A stretch of 64,000 nucleotides of DNA from Dehalococcoidia bacterium (GCA_965247895.1 OZ252046.1:1975155-2039154), one strand, 5' to 3'; shown: positions 26,777 through 36,550, counted from the stretch's first letter. Numbers and translations: made by a program. Notes: generated from the sequence alone by a model not told the origin.

Positions 26777-27019
26777 ATGGTGCTCAAGCACTTCCGCGCC
26801 AGGTTCTCGAAGGGCGTCCTCGAACCCCTCGAGGCGATCGATCTCGAGGAGGGCGCCGAGGTGTCGGTGTCCATCGAGAAGGAGCCCTCGGCGACGCGCA
26901 ACCTTGAGGCATTCCGCCGCGCCGCAGGCGGCTGGAAGGGCAACTCCGATCCTGAGGAACTGAAGCGGATGATCTACGAGGCACGGATCGCAGGCTCACG
27001 GGAACCGCCGGACCCGTAG
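26777..27019 (+). CDS. DUF104/AF2212-like antitoxin (VapB-type), copy 2
   Basis: Same family as the previous gene; ends 4 bp before the PIN-domain gene. Confidence 0.6.
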   Translation: MVLKHFRARFSKGVLEPLEAIDLEEGAEVSVSIEKEPSATRNLEAFRRAAGGWKGNSDPEELKRMIYEARIAGSREPPDP

Positions 27020-27023
27020 CTTC

Positions 27024-27416
27024 GTGCGGTATCTGGTGGACTCGGACTGGGTCATCGACTATCTGCACGAAGTCGAGCAGACGGCCGGGCGTCTCAATGA
27101 GTTGGCCCCTGATGGCCTGGGTCTGAGCATCGTGTCGCTGGCCGAACTCTACGAGGGCTTGTTTCACTCGCGAAGACCCGAGGCCGATGAGCGGATTCTG
27201 CGGGGCTTCCTGTCCGGCGTGGAGGTAGTGGACCTTGATGAGGAGATCTGCCGGATATTCGCGAGGGAGCGTGGTCGCCTGAGATCCGCCGGGATGCTGA
27301 TTGGAGACCTCGATCTCCTCATAGCCTCCACGGCGCTGCGACACGGGCTGACGCTGCTCAGCAACAACCGGCGGCACTTCGAGCGGATCGAGGGGCTGGC
27401 GATCGAGTCGGTCTGA
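27024..27416 (+). CDS. vapC: PIN-domain ribonuclease toxin VapC
   Basis: YLVDSDWVIDYL... acidic PIN residues, LIASTALRHGLTLLSNNRRHF C-terminal signature; GTG start. Confidence 0.7.
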   Translation: MRYLVDSDWVIDYLHEVEQTAGRLNELAPDGLGLSIVSLAELYEGLFHSRRPEADERILRGFLSGVEVVDLDEEICRIFARERGRLRSAGMLIGDLDLLIASTALRHGLTLLSNNRRHFERIEGLAIESV

Positions 27417-27438
27417 GGCCGAGCGCGCGGCGCAGCCG

Positions 27439-27888
27439 TCAGCTTGGGCCGTCGCGCTTGTCCTCCTGGCCCGCCCAGACCACGCCGAGTTCGCGGTGCG
27501 CGAAGCGCCAGGCGCCCTCGTGGCGCGCGTACTCGTCGCGGTAGTGGATGTACATGACGCGGTCACGCGTGCCCTCGTCGTCGGTTTCGATGAAGTGGTG
27601 GGCGATGCAGTAGGTCTCGCCGCGCACCACGGCGTCGTCGATCCAGTAGCGGGACTGGCCGACGAAGTGGAAGGTGCGGTCATGGCGGCGGAGGCCGGAC
27701 ACGCCCTCCGCGATCGCCTCGCGGCCCTCGTAGCGGAAGCGCGAGGAGATCAGCACGCCGCCCGGCGTGAACAGCGCGGCGAAGCCCTCGAAGTCCCGCG
27801 CGTCGGCCGCGAAGGCATAGCCGTGGCCGAGCGCGACCAGCTCCTCGCGATCCTCGCGCGTCAGTTCCGCGGGCGCCCCATCGCTCAC
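27439..27888 (-). CDS. SnoaL-like / NTF2-like (DUF4440-type) small protein
   Basis: About 150 aa, conserved aromatic/acidic NTF2-fold pattern (FTPGGVL...HHFIETDDEG...YIHYRDEY). GTG start overlapping the stop of the upstream LLM gene (GTGA). Confidence 0.5.
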   Translation of the reverse strand: MSDGAPAELTREDREELVALGHGYAFAADARDFEGFAALFTPGGVLISSRFRYEGREAIAEGVSGLRRHDRTFHFVGQSRYWIDDAVVRGETYCIAHHFIETDDEGTRDRVMYIHYRDEYARHEGAWRFAHRELGVVWAGQEDKRDGPS

Positions 27889-28814
27889 GCGGCCGCCTCG
27901 CGGAAGCGCGCGACGATGGCGCTGAACTGCTCCGTCGCCTGTTCGCGCTCCTCGGAGACGGGGAACCCGCCGCGCACGTCCGTCACACCGGCGGCGACGA
28001 GGTCGGGCACGGCAGCCATCGTCGCGTCGAGATCGAGCGCGCCCGCGTCGTCGAGGACGCTGGGCAGCCGCCCGACGACCCCGAGCTCCGCCGGGTCGCG
28101 GCCGAAGCCGGCGACGGCCTCGCGCATGCGCTCGACGCCGCTGGCGATGTCGGCGGCGTCGGGACCCCAGGGAATCCAGCCGGAGCCGTAGCTCGCGAGC
28201 CGTCGCATTGCCCTCGGATTGACCGTGCCGCTCACCCAGATCGGGACGCCGCCGGGCTGCACCGGCTTGGGCATCTGGTGGACGTTGCTGAACGTGACGC
28301 CCTCGGCGTCGTAGGACGCGACGCGGTTGCGCCAGAGCGTCTGGCAGACCTCGATCGTGTGGTCGAGCAGCCGTCCCCGCCGCTGGTAGGGGAGGCCCGC
28401 CGCCTCGTACTCCGCGAGTTGCCAGCCGATGCCGACGCCGATGTCGAGCCGGCCGCCGGAGAGCACGTCGATCGTCGCGCCCACCTTGGCGAGCACCAGC
28501 GGGCGGCGCAGCGCGGCGAGCAGGATGTTGGTCCCGAAGCGCACGCGCGTCGTGACCGAGGTGAGGTGGGCGATCACCGTCAGCGGGTCCAGCCAGTAGC
28601 CGTCCGGGCTCGTCGGCTGGACGCCGCCGCTCTGGCCGCCCAGGGCCGGGTTGGCGTAGTCCTCGAGCTGCTCGCCGAAGGCGACGTGGTCGGAGACGGT
28701 GAGCCGGTCGATGCCGGCCTCGTCGGCGGCCTGCGCGACATCGATCAGATGTCGCCAGCTGCCGGGATCCTCCGGGGTGAACGAGCGGAGGCCTGTCGAA
28801 AGTTGCGGCTGCAC
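27885..28814 (-). CDS. LLM-class F420-dependent oxidoreductase
   Basis: LLM TIM-barrel motifs (GIDRLTVSDHV, LDVLSGGRLDIGVGIGW). GTG start at 28814 chosen inside ORF 27885-29009. Confidence 0.7.
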   Translation of the reverse strand: MQPQLSTGLRSFTPEDPGSWRHLIDVAQAADEAGIDRLTVSDHVAFGEQLEDYANPALGGQSGGVQPTSPDGYWLDPLTVIAHLTSVTTRVRFGTNILLAALRRPLVLAKVGATIDVLSGGRLDIGVGIGWQLAEYEAAGLPYQRRGRLLDHTIEVCQTLWRNRVASYDAEGVTFSNVHQMPKPVQPGGVPIWVSGTVNPRAMRRLASYGSGWIPWGPDAADIASGVERMREAVAGFGRDPAELGVVGRLPSVLDDAGALDLDATMAAVPDLVAAGVTDVRGGFPVSEEREQATEQFSAIVARFREAAA

Positions 28815-29032
28815 GGCGGTCGCTCCCTCCCGGGCGCGCGCGCCCGATGCGCGGTGGTGAGACCGAGCGATGATAGCCCCTCGCCGAGGGTCCGACCCGT
28901 CGGGCGGGCAACGGTGGGGCCACGCGGCCTGATACAGCCGGGATTGTGACCACAATCGCAATGTTGACAGGCAGGCGCGGGACCAGACAATGCCCGTGAT
29001 ATGCACCATGTGATGCTCGGGGAGAGTGCGCC

Positions 29033-30919
29033 ATGACCGCTTCCGATACAGCAGCTTCGTACGAAGACACGTCAGTGGCAGCGGAGAGCGGCGGCCTCAT
29101 GCTGCGCCAGCGCGCAAGCCGGCGCGCCGTGATGCGCGGGGCGCTGCTCGGAGGCGCCGGCCTTGCCGCGGCAGCGCTCATCGGCTGCGGCGACGGCGAC
29201 GATGACGACGACGGCGCGGCCCCGGCAGCAACGGCGGCCCCCACGACTGCCCCGACGGCTGCCCCGACGGCGACGGCCGCTCCGACGGAGCCGCCGCTCT
29301 CCGAGGCGGCGCAGGGCGTGCGCGCACTGAACGCACAGGCCGAGAAGGACGGCGCGCCGTTCCCCTACGACTTCGAGGAGCCGGACACGCCCCCGAAGGC
29401 CGGCGGCATCCTCAAGATGGCCTACCGCTTCGACATCGGCAGTTGGGACCAGAGCAAGGTCGGCGTCGTCGGCACGACGCTCTACAACCAGGCCGCGTAC
29501 AACCGGCTGGTCGGGTTCAAGCACGGCCCCGGCGTCTCGAAGTTCCTCAACGAAATCGAGCCCGAACTGGCGCAGACCTGGGAGCTCTCGGACGACGGCC
29601 TGACCTACACCTTCAACATCGTCCCCGGGATCAAGTATCCGAACGTCGCGCCGGTGAACGGGCGCGACTTCACCTCGGCGGACATCAAGTTCGTCTACGA
29701 GCGACACGGCCAGGAGGAGACCAGCGTCCATAAGCAGTACTTCTCGCTGGTCTCGGCGGTCGAGACGCCGAATGACGACACGCTGGTGGTACGCCTCAGC
29801 CAGCCGAGCCCTGACTTCCTCGTCGGGCTCGCCCTGCGCTGGAACGTGATCTACCCGCGCGAGCCGGTGGACAACGGCACGATCGACACCCAGCTCCCGG
29901 TCGGCACCGGCCCACTGATCACCACGGAGGCCGTGCCCAGCAGCCACGTCACGATGGAGTCCAACCCCGACTACTGGGAGGGCAAGCCGCTGCTCGACGG
30001 CCTCGATGTCCGCATCATGCCGGACGAGAACGCACAACTGGCGGCATTCCGCGCCGGCCAGGTGGACCTCGCCGCCATGCCGTCCGACCTCGCGACGCTG
30101 CACAGCGTCCACGAGGAGACCAACAACCAGCAGGTGAACGACCCGATCCTGATGGCCACGAACTCCGTCGGCTTCCAGTTGAAGAACCCCAAGTTCTCCG
30201 ACGTTCGCGTACGGCGGGCGCTCGGCTTGGCGCTGCGGCGGGATCAGCTCCTGGACATCCTCTACGACGGCTCCGGGCTCTTCGTGCCCGTCACCGCCTG
30301 GCCGTTCGTGCTGGACGCGATCCCCGACAGCAAGGAGTTCGGGGCGTACTGGCACTACGACGCGGACGAGGCGAAGAAGCTGCTCTCGGCCGCCGGCGCC
30401 GAGGACCTCGAGTTCCCGCTGCTCGCCAGCGACCGGCTGCTGCGCGGCATCGGCACCCGCGAGATGGAGATCCTCCAGCAGCAGTGGGCGGAAATCGGCG
30501 TCAAGATGGAGCTGCAGGTGGTCGACTACTCCGAGTACAACCGGCAGTGGTTCGGAAACAACTTCGAGGAGGTCGCCTCCGGCACCGCGACCGTCGCGCC
30601 GACGGCGGACGGGTTCTTCTTCGACCAGGTCCACCCCTCGGCCGTCACGAACCGCTGGGGGATCGACGACGCGGAGGTCACGGATTGGGCGGAGCGGCAG
30701 AAGGTGGAGCTCGACCCGGACGCGCGCAGGGAACTGCACGTGCGGATCTTCGACAAGGTGCTGGATCAGGTCTACCGCATCGAGCGCACCGCACCGTTCC
30801 CCAACAACACGCAGCAGAACTGGGTGCGGAACTTCCGGTTCAGCTACCCGTTCATCAGCCACCACTGGGTGTACGAGTGGGGCGACCAGTTCCACACCGG
30901 CTGGCTCGACAGGGCCTAG
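29033..30919 (+). CDS. ABC transporter substrate-binding protein, family 5 (peptide/nickel/opine type), Tat/lipoprotein-type signal
   Basis: RRAVMRGALLGGAGLAAAALIGCG signal plus Ala/Pro/Thr linker; SBP_bac_5-like core. The true start may be 29099. Confidence 0.75.
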   Translation: MTASDTAASYEDTSVAAESGGLMLRQRASRRAVMRGALLGGAGLAAAALIGCGDGDDDDDGAAPAATAAPTTAPTAAPTATAAPTEPPLSEAAQGVRALNAQAEKDGAPFPYDFEEPDTPPKAGGILKMAYRFDIGSWDQSKVGVVGTTLYNQAAYNRLVGFKHGPGVSKFLNEIEPELAQTWELSDDGLTYTFNIVPGIKYPNVAPVNGRDFTSADIKFVYERHGQEETSVHKQYFSLVSAVETPNDDTLVVRLSQPSPDFLVGLALRWNVIYPREPVDNGTIDTQLPVGTGPLITTEAVPSSHVTMESNPDYWEGKPLLDGLDVRIMPDENAQLAAFRAGQVDLAAMPSDLATLHSVHEETNNQQVNDPILMATNSVGFQLKNPKFSDVRVRRALGLALRRDQLLDILYDGSGLFVPVTAWPFVLDAIPDSKEFGAYWHYDADEAKKLLSAAGAEDLEFPLLASDRLLRGIGTREMEILQQQWAEIGVKMELQVVDYSEYNRQWFGNNFEEVASGTATVAPTADGFFFDQVHPSAVTNRWGIDDAEVTDWAERQKVELDPDARRELHVRIFDKVLDQVYRIERTAPFPNNTQQNWVRNFRFSYPFISHHWVYEWGDQFHTGWLDRA

Positions 30920-31017
30920 CTGCCGTGGCGATACTGCCGCTCACGAAGCGACGGTGGGGTGCGCCTCCGCTCTGAGCGCGGACGGCGCCTCCCGCTGACC
31001 AAGGCTACCGGGATTGG

Positions 31018-31986
31018 GTGATGGGTCAATACGTCCTCCGGCGAGTCCTCGCCTCGATCCCCACGCTCGTTCTTTTCTCACTGCTCATCGCAGGGCTGAT
31101 CCGGCTCGTCCCCGGCGACGTGGTGGAGGCGCGGCTGGCCGGCGGCGGTGGTATGGACGGCGGCTCGCTCAACGAGGACACGATCCAGGCCCTGCGCGAG
31201 GATCTCGGCCTCGATCGATCGTTCCCGGAGCAGTACATCGATTGGGTGACGCACGCGATCCGTGGCGACCTCGGGGTCTCGATGTGGACCTACCAGGGGG
31301 TCACGACCGCAATCTTCCAGCGCGCCAGGCTCTCCGTTCAGCTCGCGTTGATGGCGATGGGCATCGCACTACTGATCGCCATCCCGCTCGGCGTGCTCTC
31401 CGCGATCAAGCAGGACAGCTGGCTGGACTACGTGGCCAGGCTGTTCGCGGTCGCGGGGCTCTCCATCCCCGACTTCTGGATCGCCACCATGGTCCTGCTC
31501 GCGCTCTCGCTCTACATCGGCTGGCTGCCGGAGTTCGGGTACTTCCCGCCCTGGGAGGAGCCCTGGAAGAACTTCCAGGCGCTGATCTTCCCGGCGCTGA
31601 TCATCGGCTACCGCTACTCGGCGATCAGCGCACGGATGACGCGCTCCGCCATGCTCGAGGTGCTTCGCCAGGACTACGTGCGGACCGCACGCGCGAAGGG
31701 CCTCACGGACCGCGTCGTGATCACCAGGCATGCGCTGCGCAACGCCCTGATCCCCGTGGTCACGATCATGGCCAGCCAGCTCAGCCATCTCATCGGCGGG
31801 CTCGTGGTGGTCGAGACGATCTTCTCCCTGCCGGGGATGGGCCGGCTCGTCCTCGATTCGGTGATCTCGCGGGATTACCCGGTCGTGCAGGGCGCGGTCA
31901 TGATGATTGCTGTGGTGTTCGTCCTCGCGAACCTGCTCGTGGACCTCTCGTACGCCGTAATCGACCCGCGGATCCGCTACTCCTAG
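31018..31986 (+). CDS. ABC transporter permease (DppB/OppB-like)
   Basis: Six TM helices; EAA-loop region (RTARAKGLTDRVVITRHALRNAL). Confidence 0.8.
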   Translation: MMGQYVLRRVLASIPTLVLFSLLIAGLIRLVPGDVVEARLAGGGGMDGGSLNEDTIQALREDLGLDRSFPEQYIDWVTHAIRGDLGVSMWTYQGVTTAIFQRARLSVQLALMAMGIALLIAIPLGVLSAIKQDSWLDYVARLFAVAGLSIPDFWIATMVLLALSLYIGWLPEFGYFPPWEEPWKNFQALIFPALIIGYRYSAISARMTRSAMLEVLRQDYVRTARAKGLTDRVVITRHALRNALIPVVTIMASQLSHLIGGLVVVETIFSLPGMGRLVLDSVISRDYPVVQGAVMMIAVVFVLANLLVDLSYAVIDPRIRYS

Positions 31987-32014
31987 GCACGATGGCGGGG
32001 CGGAGGATGAGCGC

Positions 32015-32914
32015 ATGAGCGAAGCCACGGCCGCCCCGTCCGCTCTTGATGGACTCCGCCGCGAGCCGCGATCGCCGCTGTCCGATGCGGCGCGGCGGCT
32101 GGTCCGCACGCCGGTCGGCGCCGTCTCGCTCGCGGCGATCCTGCTGCTCATGATCGCCGCGGCGCTCTCCCCCGTGGCCACGCCGCACGACCCGTTCCTG
32201 ATCGCCGACAAGCCATTCCTCAGACCAAGCTTCACGCACTGGATGGGAACCGACTCGATCGGCCGCGACCTCTTCAGCCGAGTGCTGATCGGGGCGCGCA
32301 TCTCGCTCTACGTCGGCGTGGTCGCTGTCGTGGCGGGGACGCTCTCGGGCAGCTTCGTGGGCCTGATCAGCGGGTTCGCCGGCGGGAAGCTGGACCTCGT
32401 CGTGCAGCGCGTGGTGGATTCGATGGTCTCGATTCCGGCACTGGTGCTCGCGCTCGTGATCGTCTCCGTGTTCGGGCCGGGGACCACCAACGGACTGCTG
32501 GCGATCGCGCTCGTGATCGCTCCCAACAACTCGCGCGTGATCCGGGGCGCCGTCCTCTCGGTGAAAGAGAACGTCTACATTGAGGCGGCGGCCGCGACGG
32601 GCGCCAGTCCCTGGCGCGTGATGCTGCGCCACGTGCTCCCGAACGTGACCGCCCCGATCCTCATCCTCATCTCGGCCTCGCTCGGGGCGGCGATCCTGAT
32701 CGAGGCGGCGCTCTCCTTCTTCTCACTGGGAACGCAGCCGCCCGATCCATCGTGGGGCTACATGCTGAGCAAGGACGGGCGAGCCTTCATGGAGCGCGCC
32801 CCCTGGCTGGCGATCTTCCCCGGGCTGGCGATCAGCATCACCGTGCTCGCCTTTAACCTGCTCGGCGACGTGATCCGCGACGTACTCGACCCGCGGCTGC
32901 GGGGCACTCGCTAA
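32015..32914 (+). CDS. ABC transporter permease (DppC/OppC-like)
   Basis: N-terminal TM helix plus BPD_transp_1 core; NWMGTDSIGRD motif. Confidence 0.8.
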   Translation: MSEATAAPSALDGLRREPRSPLSDAARRLVRTPVGAVSLAAILLLMIAAALSPVATPHDPFLIADKPFLRPSFTHWMGTDSIGRDLFSRVLIGARISLYVGVVAVVAGTLSGSFVGLISGFAGGKLDLVVQRVVDSMVSIPALVLALVIVSVFGPGTTNGLLAIALVIAPNNSRVIRGAVLSVKENVYIEAAAATGASPWRVMLRHVLPNVTAPILILISASLGAAILIEAALSFFSLGTQPPDPSWGYMLSKDGRAFMERAPWLAIFPGLAISITVLAFNLLGDVIRDVLDPRLRGTR

Positions 32915-33005
32915 GCCGGCCCGGCACACCCCCGCCACGCGATCGGACCGCCCACGGGCGACAGAGCACGCGAGGGCGAGGCGCGCCCCGAAGCGGGCGC
33001 GACGG

Positions 33006-34460
33006 TCAGGCGCGCGCCTCGGCGGCGGCGGTGCGCCCGGCGACGCGGCCGAAGGCAAGCGCGTCGGCGATGTGGAAGCCGCCGTCCTTGCACCAGCTGT
33101 AGGTGGAGCTGACGGTGCCCGCGGCGTAGAGCCCCGGGATCACGCGCCCGAAGGGGTCCAGCACCTGCGTGTGCTCGTTGCGCCTCGGGCCGCCGTTGGT
33201 CCAGCCCAGCAGCGGCGCCGAGGTGAAGGCGTAGTACGGCGGCTGGTCGATCGGCGTCAGGGTCCGCGGGTGGCGGCCGAACTGGTCGTCCACACCTGCC
33301 GCGCAGGCCTCGTTGTAGCGCCGCACGGCGCCCTCGAGGACCTCGCCGTCCACGTCCAGCAGCGCGGCGAGTTCGGCCGGGCTGTCTGCGCGCTTGATCC
33401 AGCCCCGCTCGATCTCGGCGCTGTTGTCCTCGCTCCACTCGTAGCCCTCGACGAGCATGTTCCAGCCGACGGGCAGCAGTGAGGGCGGCGGGCTGATCGG
33501 GCCGGCGAGCCGCGTGCGCTCGTCGAAGATCACGTGCATCGGCTCCGCCGGGTAGAGCTCGTAGCGGCCATGCAGCCGCGCGTGACCGTGGCCGTTCTGG
33601 GGGAACTCGTTCATCAGCCGCCGGCCGTCCATGCCCGTGAAGATGAAGCCGCGCGCGAACAGGAAGGAAACGTAGAAGCCGCTCTCGAAGCCGGGCGCGC
33701 GGAAGCCGAAGGCGGTCGCCATGTTGTCCATGTGCCAGAGGTCGGCGCCCACCTGCTGCGCCATGCGGATGCCGTCGCCGGTCCCGGCGGGCGACCCCCA
33801 GACGGGCGAGTCCGGCAGTTGCAGGTAGTCGCGCACCATCTCCGGGTTGTTCTCGAACCCACCGGTGGCGAGCACCACGCCGCGCCGCGCACGCACGCGC
33901 AGCGGCGTCCCGCCCTCGCTCGCCCCGCTCAGCGCCTCGACGCCCACGATGGCGCCCGAGGCGTCCCGCAGCAGTTCGCGCCCCGGCGTATCGAGCAGCA
34001 CTTCGATGCCGCGCTTCTGCACGGCCGCGGCGAGCGCGGCGAAGAGCCGCCCGTTCCCCAGCTCGCCATCGACGCCGATGTAGCCGCCGTAGGACTCGCT
34101 GCCAGGCAGCTCCGGGAACTCGGGGCGGTAGTCACCGTGCGGGGCGACGCGCGCGCCGAGACTCTCGACCCAGGCCGAGTTCTGCGCCGTCTCGTGCGCC
34201 CAGACCTGGATGATCTCCTCAGGGACAGGGAACTCGCCGCAGAGGGCGCGCAGGTAGGTGGCGATGCCCTCGGGGTCGCTGTTGTCGAACCAGACGCCGC
34301 CGGAGACGCGCGTGTTGCCGCCCTCGCGGCCCGCGGGCATCTTCTCAAGGACGACGACGCTCGCTCCGGCGTCGTGTGCCTCGATGGCCGCGGCGCAGCC
34401 GGCCGCGCCCAGCCCGAGCACGACGACGTCCGCCTCGTGATCCCAAGCCGGTCCGGCCAT
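33006..34460 (-). CDS. FAD-dependent oxidoreductase (fumarate-reductase/succinate-DH flavoprotein-like; 3-ketosteroid dehydrogenase KstD-like)
   Basis: DVVVLGLGAAGCAAAIEA dinucleotide-binding motif; FAD_binding_2 architecture (LATGGFENN). Confidence 0.7.
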   Translation of the reverse strand: MAGPAWDHEADVVVLGLGAAGCAAAIEAHDAGASVVVLEKMPAGREGGNTRVSGGVWFDNSDPEGIATYLRALCGEFPVPEEIIQVWAHETAQNSAWVESLGARVAPHGDYRPEFPELPGSESYGGYIGVDGELGNGRLFAALAAAVQKRGIEVLLDTPGRELLRDASGAIVGVEALSGASEGGTPLRVRARRGVVLATGGFENNPEMVRDYLQLPDSPVWGSPAGTGDGIRMAQQVGADLWHMDNMATAFGFRAPGFESGFYVSFLFARGFIFTGMDGRRLMNEFPQNGHGHARLHGRYELYPAEPMHVIFDERTRLAGPISPPPSLLPVGWNMLVEGYEWSEDNSAEIERGWIKRADSPAELAALLDVDGEVLEGAVRRYNEACAAGVDDQFGRHPRTLTPIDQPPYYAFTSAPLLGWTNGGPRRNEHTQVLDPFGRVIPGLYAAGTVSSTYSWCKDGGFHIADALAFGRVAGRTAAAEARA

Positions 34461-34553
34461 CGCGCACCTCCGCTCCGCCGCACGCCACGGGGAGTGTAGC
34501 GAGGGCTGCGCGCAGTGGCGCGGGAGGCGGTCGAGGCGAGAGAGCGAAGAAGC

Positions 34554-34629
34554 TGGCGCGCCGGGAAGGATTCGAACCCTCGACCATCAGATCCGAAGTC
34601 TGACGCTCTGTCCCCTGAGCTACCGGCGC
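34554..34629 (-). tRNA. tRNA-Arg (anticodon UCG), 76 nt including an encoded CCA
   Basis: Folded by hand into a canonical cloverleaf: acceptor GCGCCGG/CCGGCGC, U8-A9, D-stem GCTC/GAGC, anticodon stem TCAGA/TCTGA, loop CTTCGGA (U33, G37), 5-nt variable loop, T-arm GAGGG-TTCGAAT-CCTTC, discriminator G, CCA. Confidence 0.7.
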
Positions 34630-34812
34630 GCGAAGGGCAGTGCAGGCGCCGCTGCGGCAGCGGTTCCGGCCCTCGATTCCATGCTAACAGCGCCGCAGGT
34701 TGCGAACGCGCCATGCGCGAGGGACGGGCGATGCAGCGACGGGCCGGCCCGGCCGCATCTCCGATTTCGCTAGAATGACAACGTCCGGCTTCAAGCAAGG
34801 GCACAGTGATCG

Positions 34813-36216
34813 ATGACCTTCGACTATGACCTGACGGTGATCGGGTCCGGACCCGCGGGGCAGCGGGCCGCGATTCAGGCCGCGAAGCTGGGCAAGCGCG
34901 CGGCCGTGATCGAGCGTGAGCCCACGGTCGGGGGCATGAGCGCCAGGGCCAGCACCTCCAGCAAGACGCTGCGCGAGGCAGCACTGCACCTCACCGGGTA
35001 CCGGGAACGCAACGTCTACGGCGAATCGTTCGCGGTGAAGCAGGACATCACCATGGGCGACCTGCTGTTCCGGACCGACTACGTGATGAAACACGAGGCG
35101 GACGTTCTGCGCAGCCAGCTCGCCAGAAACAGAGTGGACCTGATCAACGGCCGTGCGTCGTTCGTCGATCGCCATACCCTGGGCATCGCCGACGATGAGG
35201 GCGGAGCGCTCCGCACGATCACGGCCGACAAGATCGTGATCGCCGTCGGGACCTACTCGACACCGCCCCCGGTCGTCTACGCCGACGGACGGCTGATCTT
35301 CGTCAGCGACGACGTGCTGAACCTGCCCGAGCTGCCCCGCACGCTGACGGTCGTCGGCGCGGGCGCGATCGACATCGAGTACGCCTGCACCTTCGCCGCG
35401 CTTGGCGTGCGCGTCACGCTCGTCGAGCGCGGCTCGCGCCTGCTGACATTCGCGGACGACGAGATCGCCGACACCCTCACGTACCTCATGCGTCAGAACG
35501 GAGTGACGCTACGCATGAACGAGGTGGTCTTCGACATCGAGTACGTCATCGACGAGCGCGGCAACCGCGTGCGCGTCCTGCTCGAGAGCGGGAAGCAGAT
35601 CGTGAGCGACGCGGCCATGTACTGCGTCGGGCGCACCGGCAACACGGAGTCGCTCGCCCTGGAAGCCGTGGGCCTGGAGGCCGACGAGCGCGGGCGCCTC
35701 AGGGTGGACGAGCACTACCAGACCGGGGTGGAGGGCATCTACGCGGTCGGAGGCGTGATCGGCTTTCCGGATCTCGTACCGACCTCGCAACTGCAGGGCC
35801 GTCTGGCCGCGTGCCACGCGTTCGGCGTGCCCGCGGGGCCCTTCTCCGAGCTCTTCCCGTACAACGTCCAGTCGATCCCCGAAGTCGCCATGGTCGGGCC
35901 GACCGAGGCCGAGCTCACGGAGCAGGGAGTCCCCTACGAGGTTGGCAAGGCGAGCTATCGCGAGTCCGTGCGCAGCATGATCATCGGCAACGAAGGCAGC
36001 GGGCTGCTGAAGCTGCTCTTCGAGATCGAGTCGCGGAAGCTCCTCGGCGTGCACATCATCGGCGACGGCGCCGCCGAACTGATCCAGATCGGGCAGGCCG
36101 TGATCGCCCACAACGGCACGATCGACTATTTCACGGAGGCCGCGATCAGCTATCCGACGCTGGCCGCGTGCTACGCGACCGCCGCCCTGGACGGCATCAA
36201 CCGGCTCCAGCAGTAG
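34813..36216 (+). CDS. pyridine-nucleotide-disulfide oxidoreductase family flavoprotein lacking the redox-active Cys pair (soluble transhydrogenase SthA-like)
   Basis: YDLTVIGSGPAG FAD motif, second NAD(P) Rossmann motif (LTVVGAGAIDIEYA), C-terminal dimerisation domain. The CxxxxC site is replaced by GGMSARASTSSK. Confidence 0.7.
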   Translation: MTFDYDLTVIGSGPAGQRAAIQAAKLGKRAAVIEREPTVGGMSARASTSSKTLREAALHLTGYRERNVYGESFAVKQDITMGDLLFRTDYVMKHEADVLRSQLARNRVDLINGRASFVDRHTLGIADDEGGALRTITADKIVIAVGTYSTPPPVVYADGRLIFVSDDVLNLPELPRTLTVVGAGAIDIEYACTFAALGVRVTLVERGSRLLTFADDEIADTLTYLMRQNGVTLRMNEVVFDIEYVIDERGNRVRVLLESGKQIVSDAAMYCVGRTGNTESLALEAVGLEADERGRLRVDEHYQTGVEGIYAVGGVIGFPDLVPTSQLQGRLAACHAFGVPAGPFSELFPYNVQSIPEVAMVGPTEAELTEQGVPYEVGKASYRESVRSMIIGNEGSGLLKLLFEIESRKLLGVHIIGDGAAELIQIGQAVIAHNGTIDYFTEAAISYPTLAACYATAALDGINRLQQ

Positions 36217-36304
36217 CGACGCTCGGTCGCCGGGCACTGCGATCCCGGCTTGGCGCTCCATCGTCCTGCGCCACTCTCGCTGGCAGCATGAAGGGAGCGC
36301 CCGG

Positions 36305-36550
36305 ATGCAGGTCCACTACGACTCCGAAGCCGATGTGATCTTCCTGACGCTCCGCGCAGCCGACGGGGGCGAGGCCGGTGGGCGGCGGATCGACGAGACG
36401 CGCATCGCCCACCTCGATGGCGCCGGCCGCGTGTTCGCATACGAGTTTCTCGCCGTGAGCCGTGGCGTCTCGCTCGACGGGATCGGCGCCGGGGACGCCG
36501 CGCTCATCCGCGAGGCGCTCCAGCCCGTCGGCCAGTTCGCCGTCGCCTGA
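36305..36550 (+). CDS. DUF2283-family small protein
   Basis: MQVHYDSEADVIFLTL matches the DUF2283 N-terminal signature (YD.E.D.LYI.L). Confidence 0.5.
   Translation: MQVHYDSEADVIFLTLRAADGGEAGGRRIDETRIAHLDGAGRVFAYEFLAVSRGVSLDGIGAGDAALIREALQPVGQFAVA

Larger units (their letters stand above)
26479..27020. repeat. 270-bp tandem duplication (two units, diverged) encoding the two DUF104 antitoxin genes
   Basis: Gene starts 26507 and 26777 are exactly 270 bp apart; the proteins are collinear. Confidence 0.7.

Noticed and set aside
27439-29244. 601-aa minus-strand ORF spanning the SnoaL-like and LLM genes
   Set aside because: Only its last ~150 codons are protein-like. The LLM gene is in another frame and the long ORF is a frame artefact joined through a GTGA overlap.
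34554-36300. tRNA-Arg as the attachment site of a genomic island
   Set aside because: No integrase, no duplicated tRNA 3' segment, and the flanking genes on both sides are ordinary high-GC metabolic genes.
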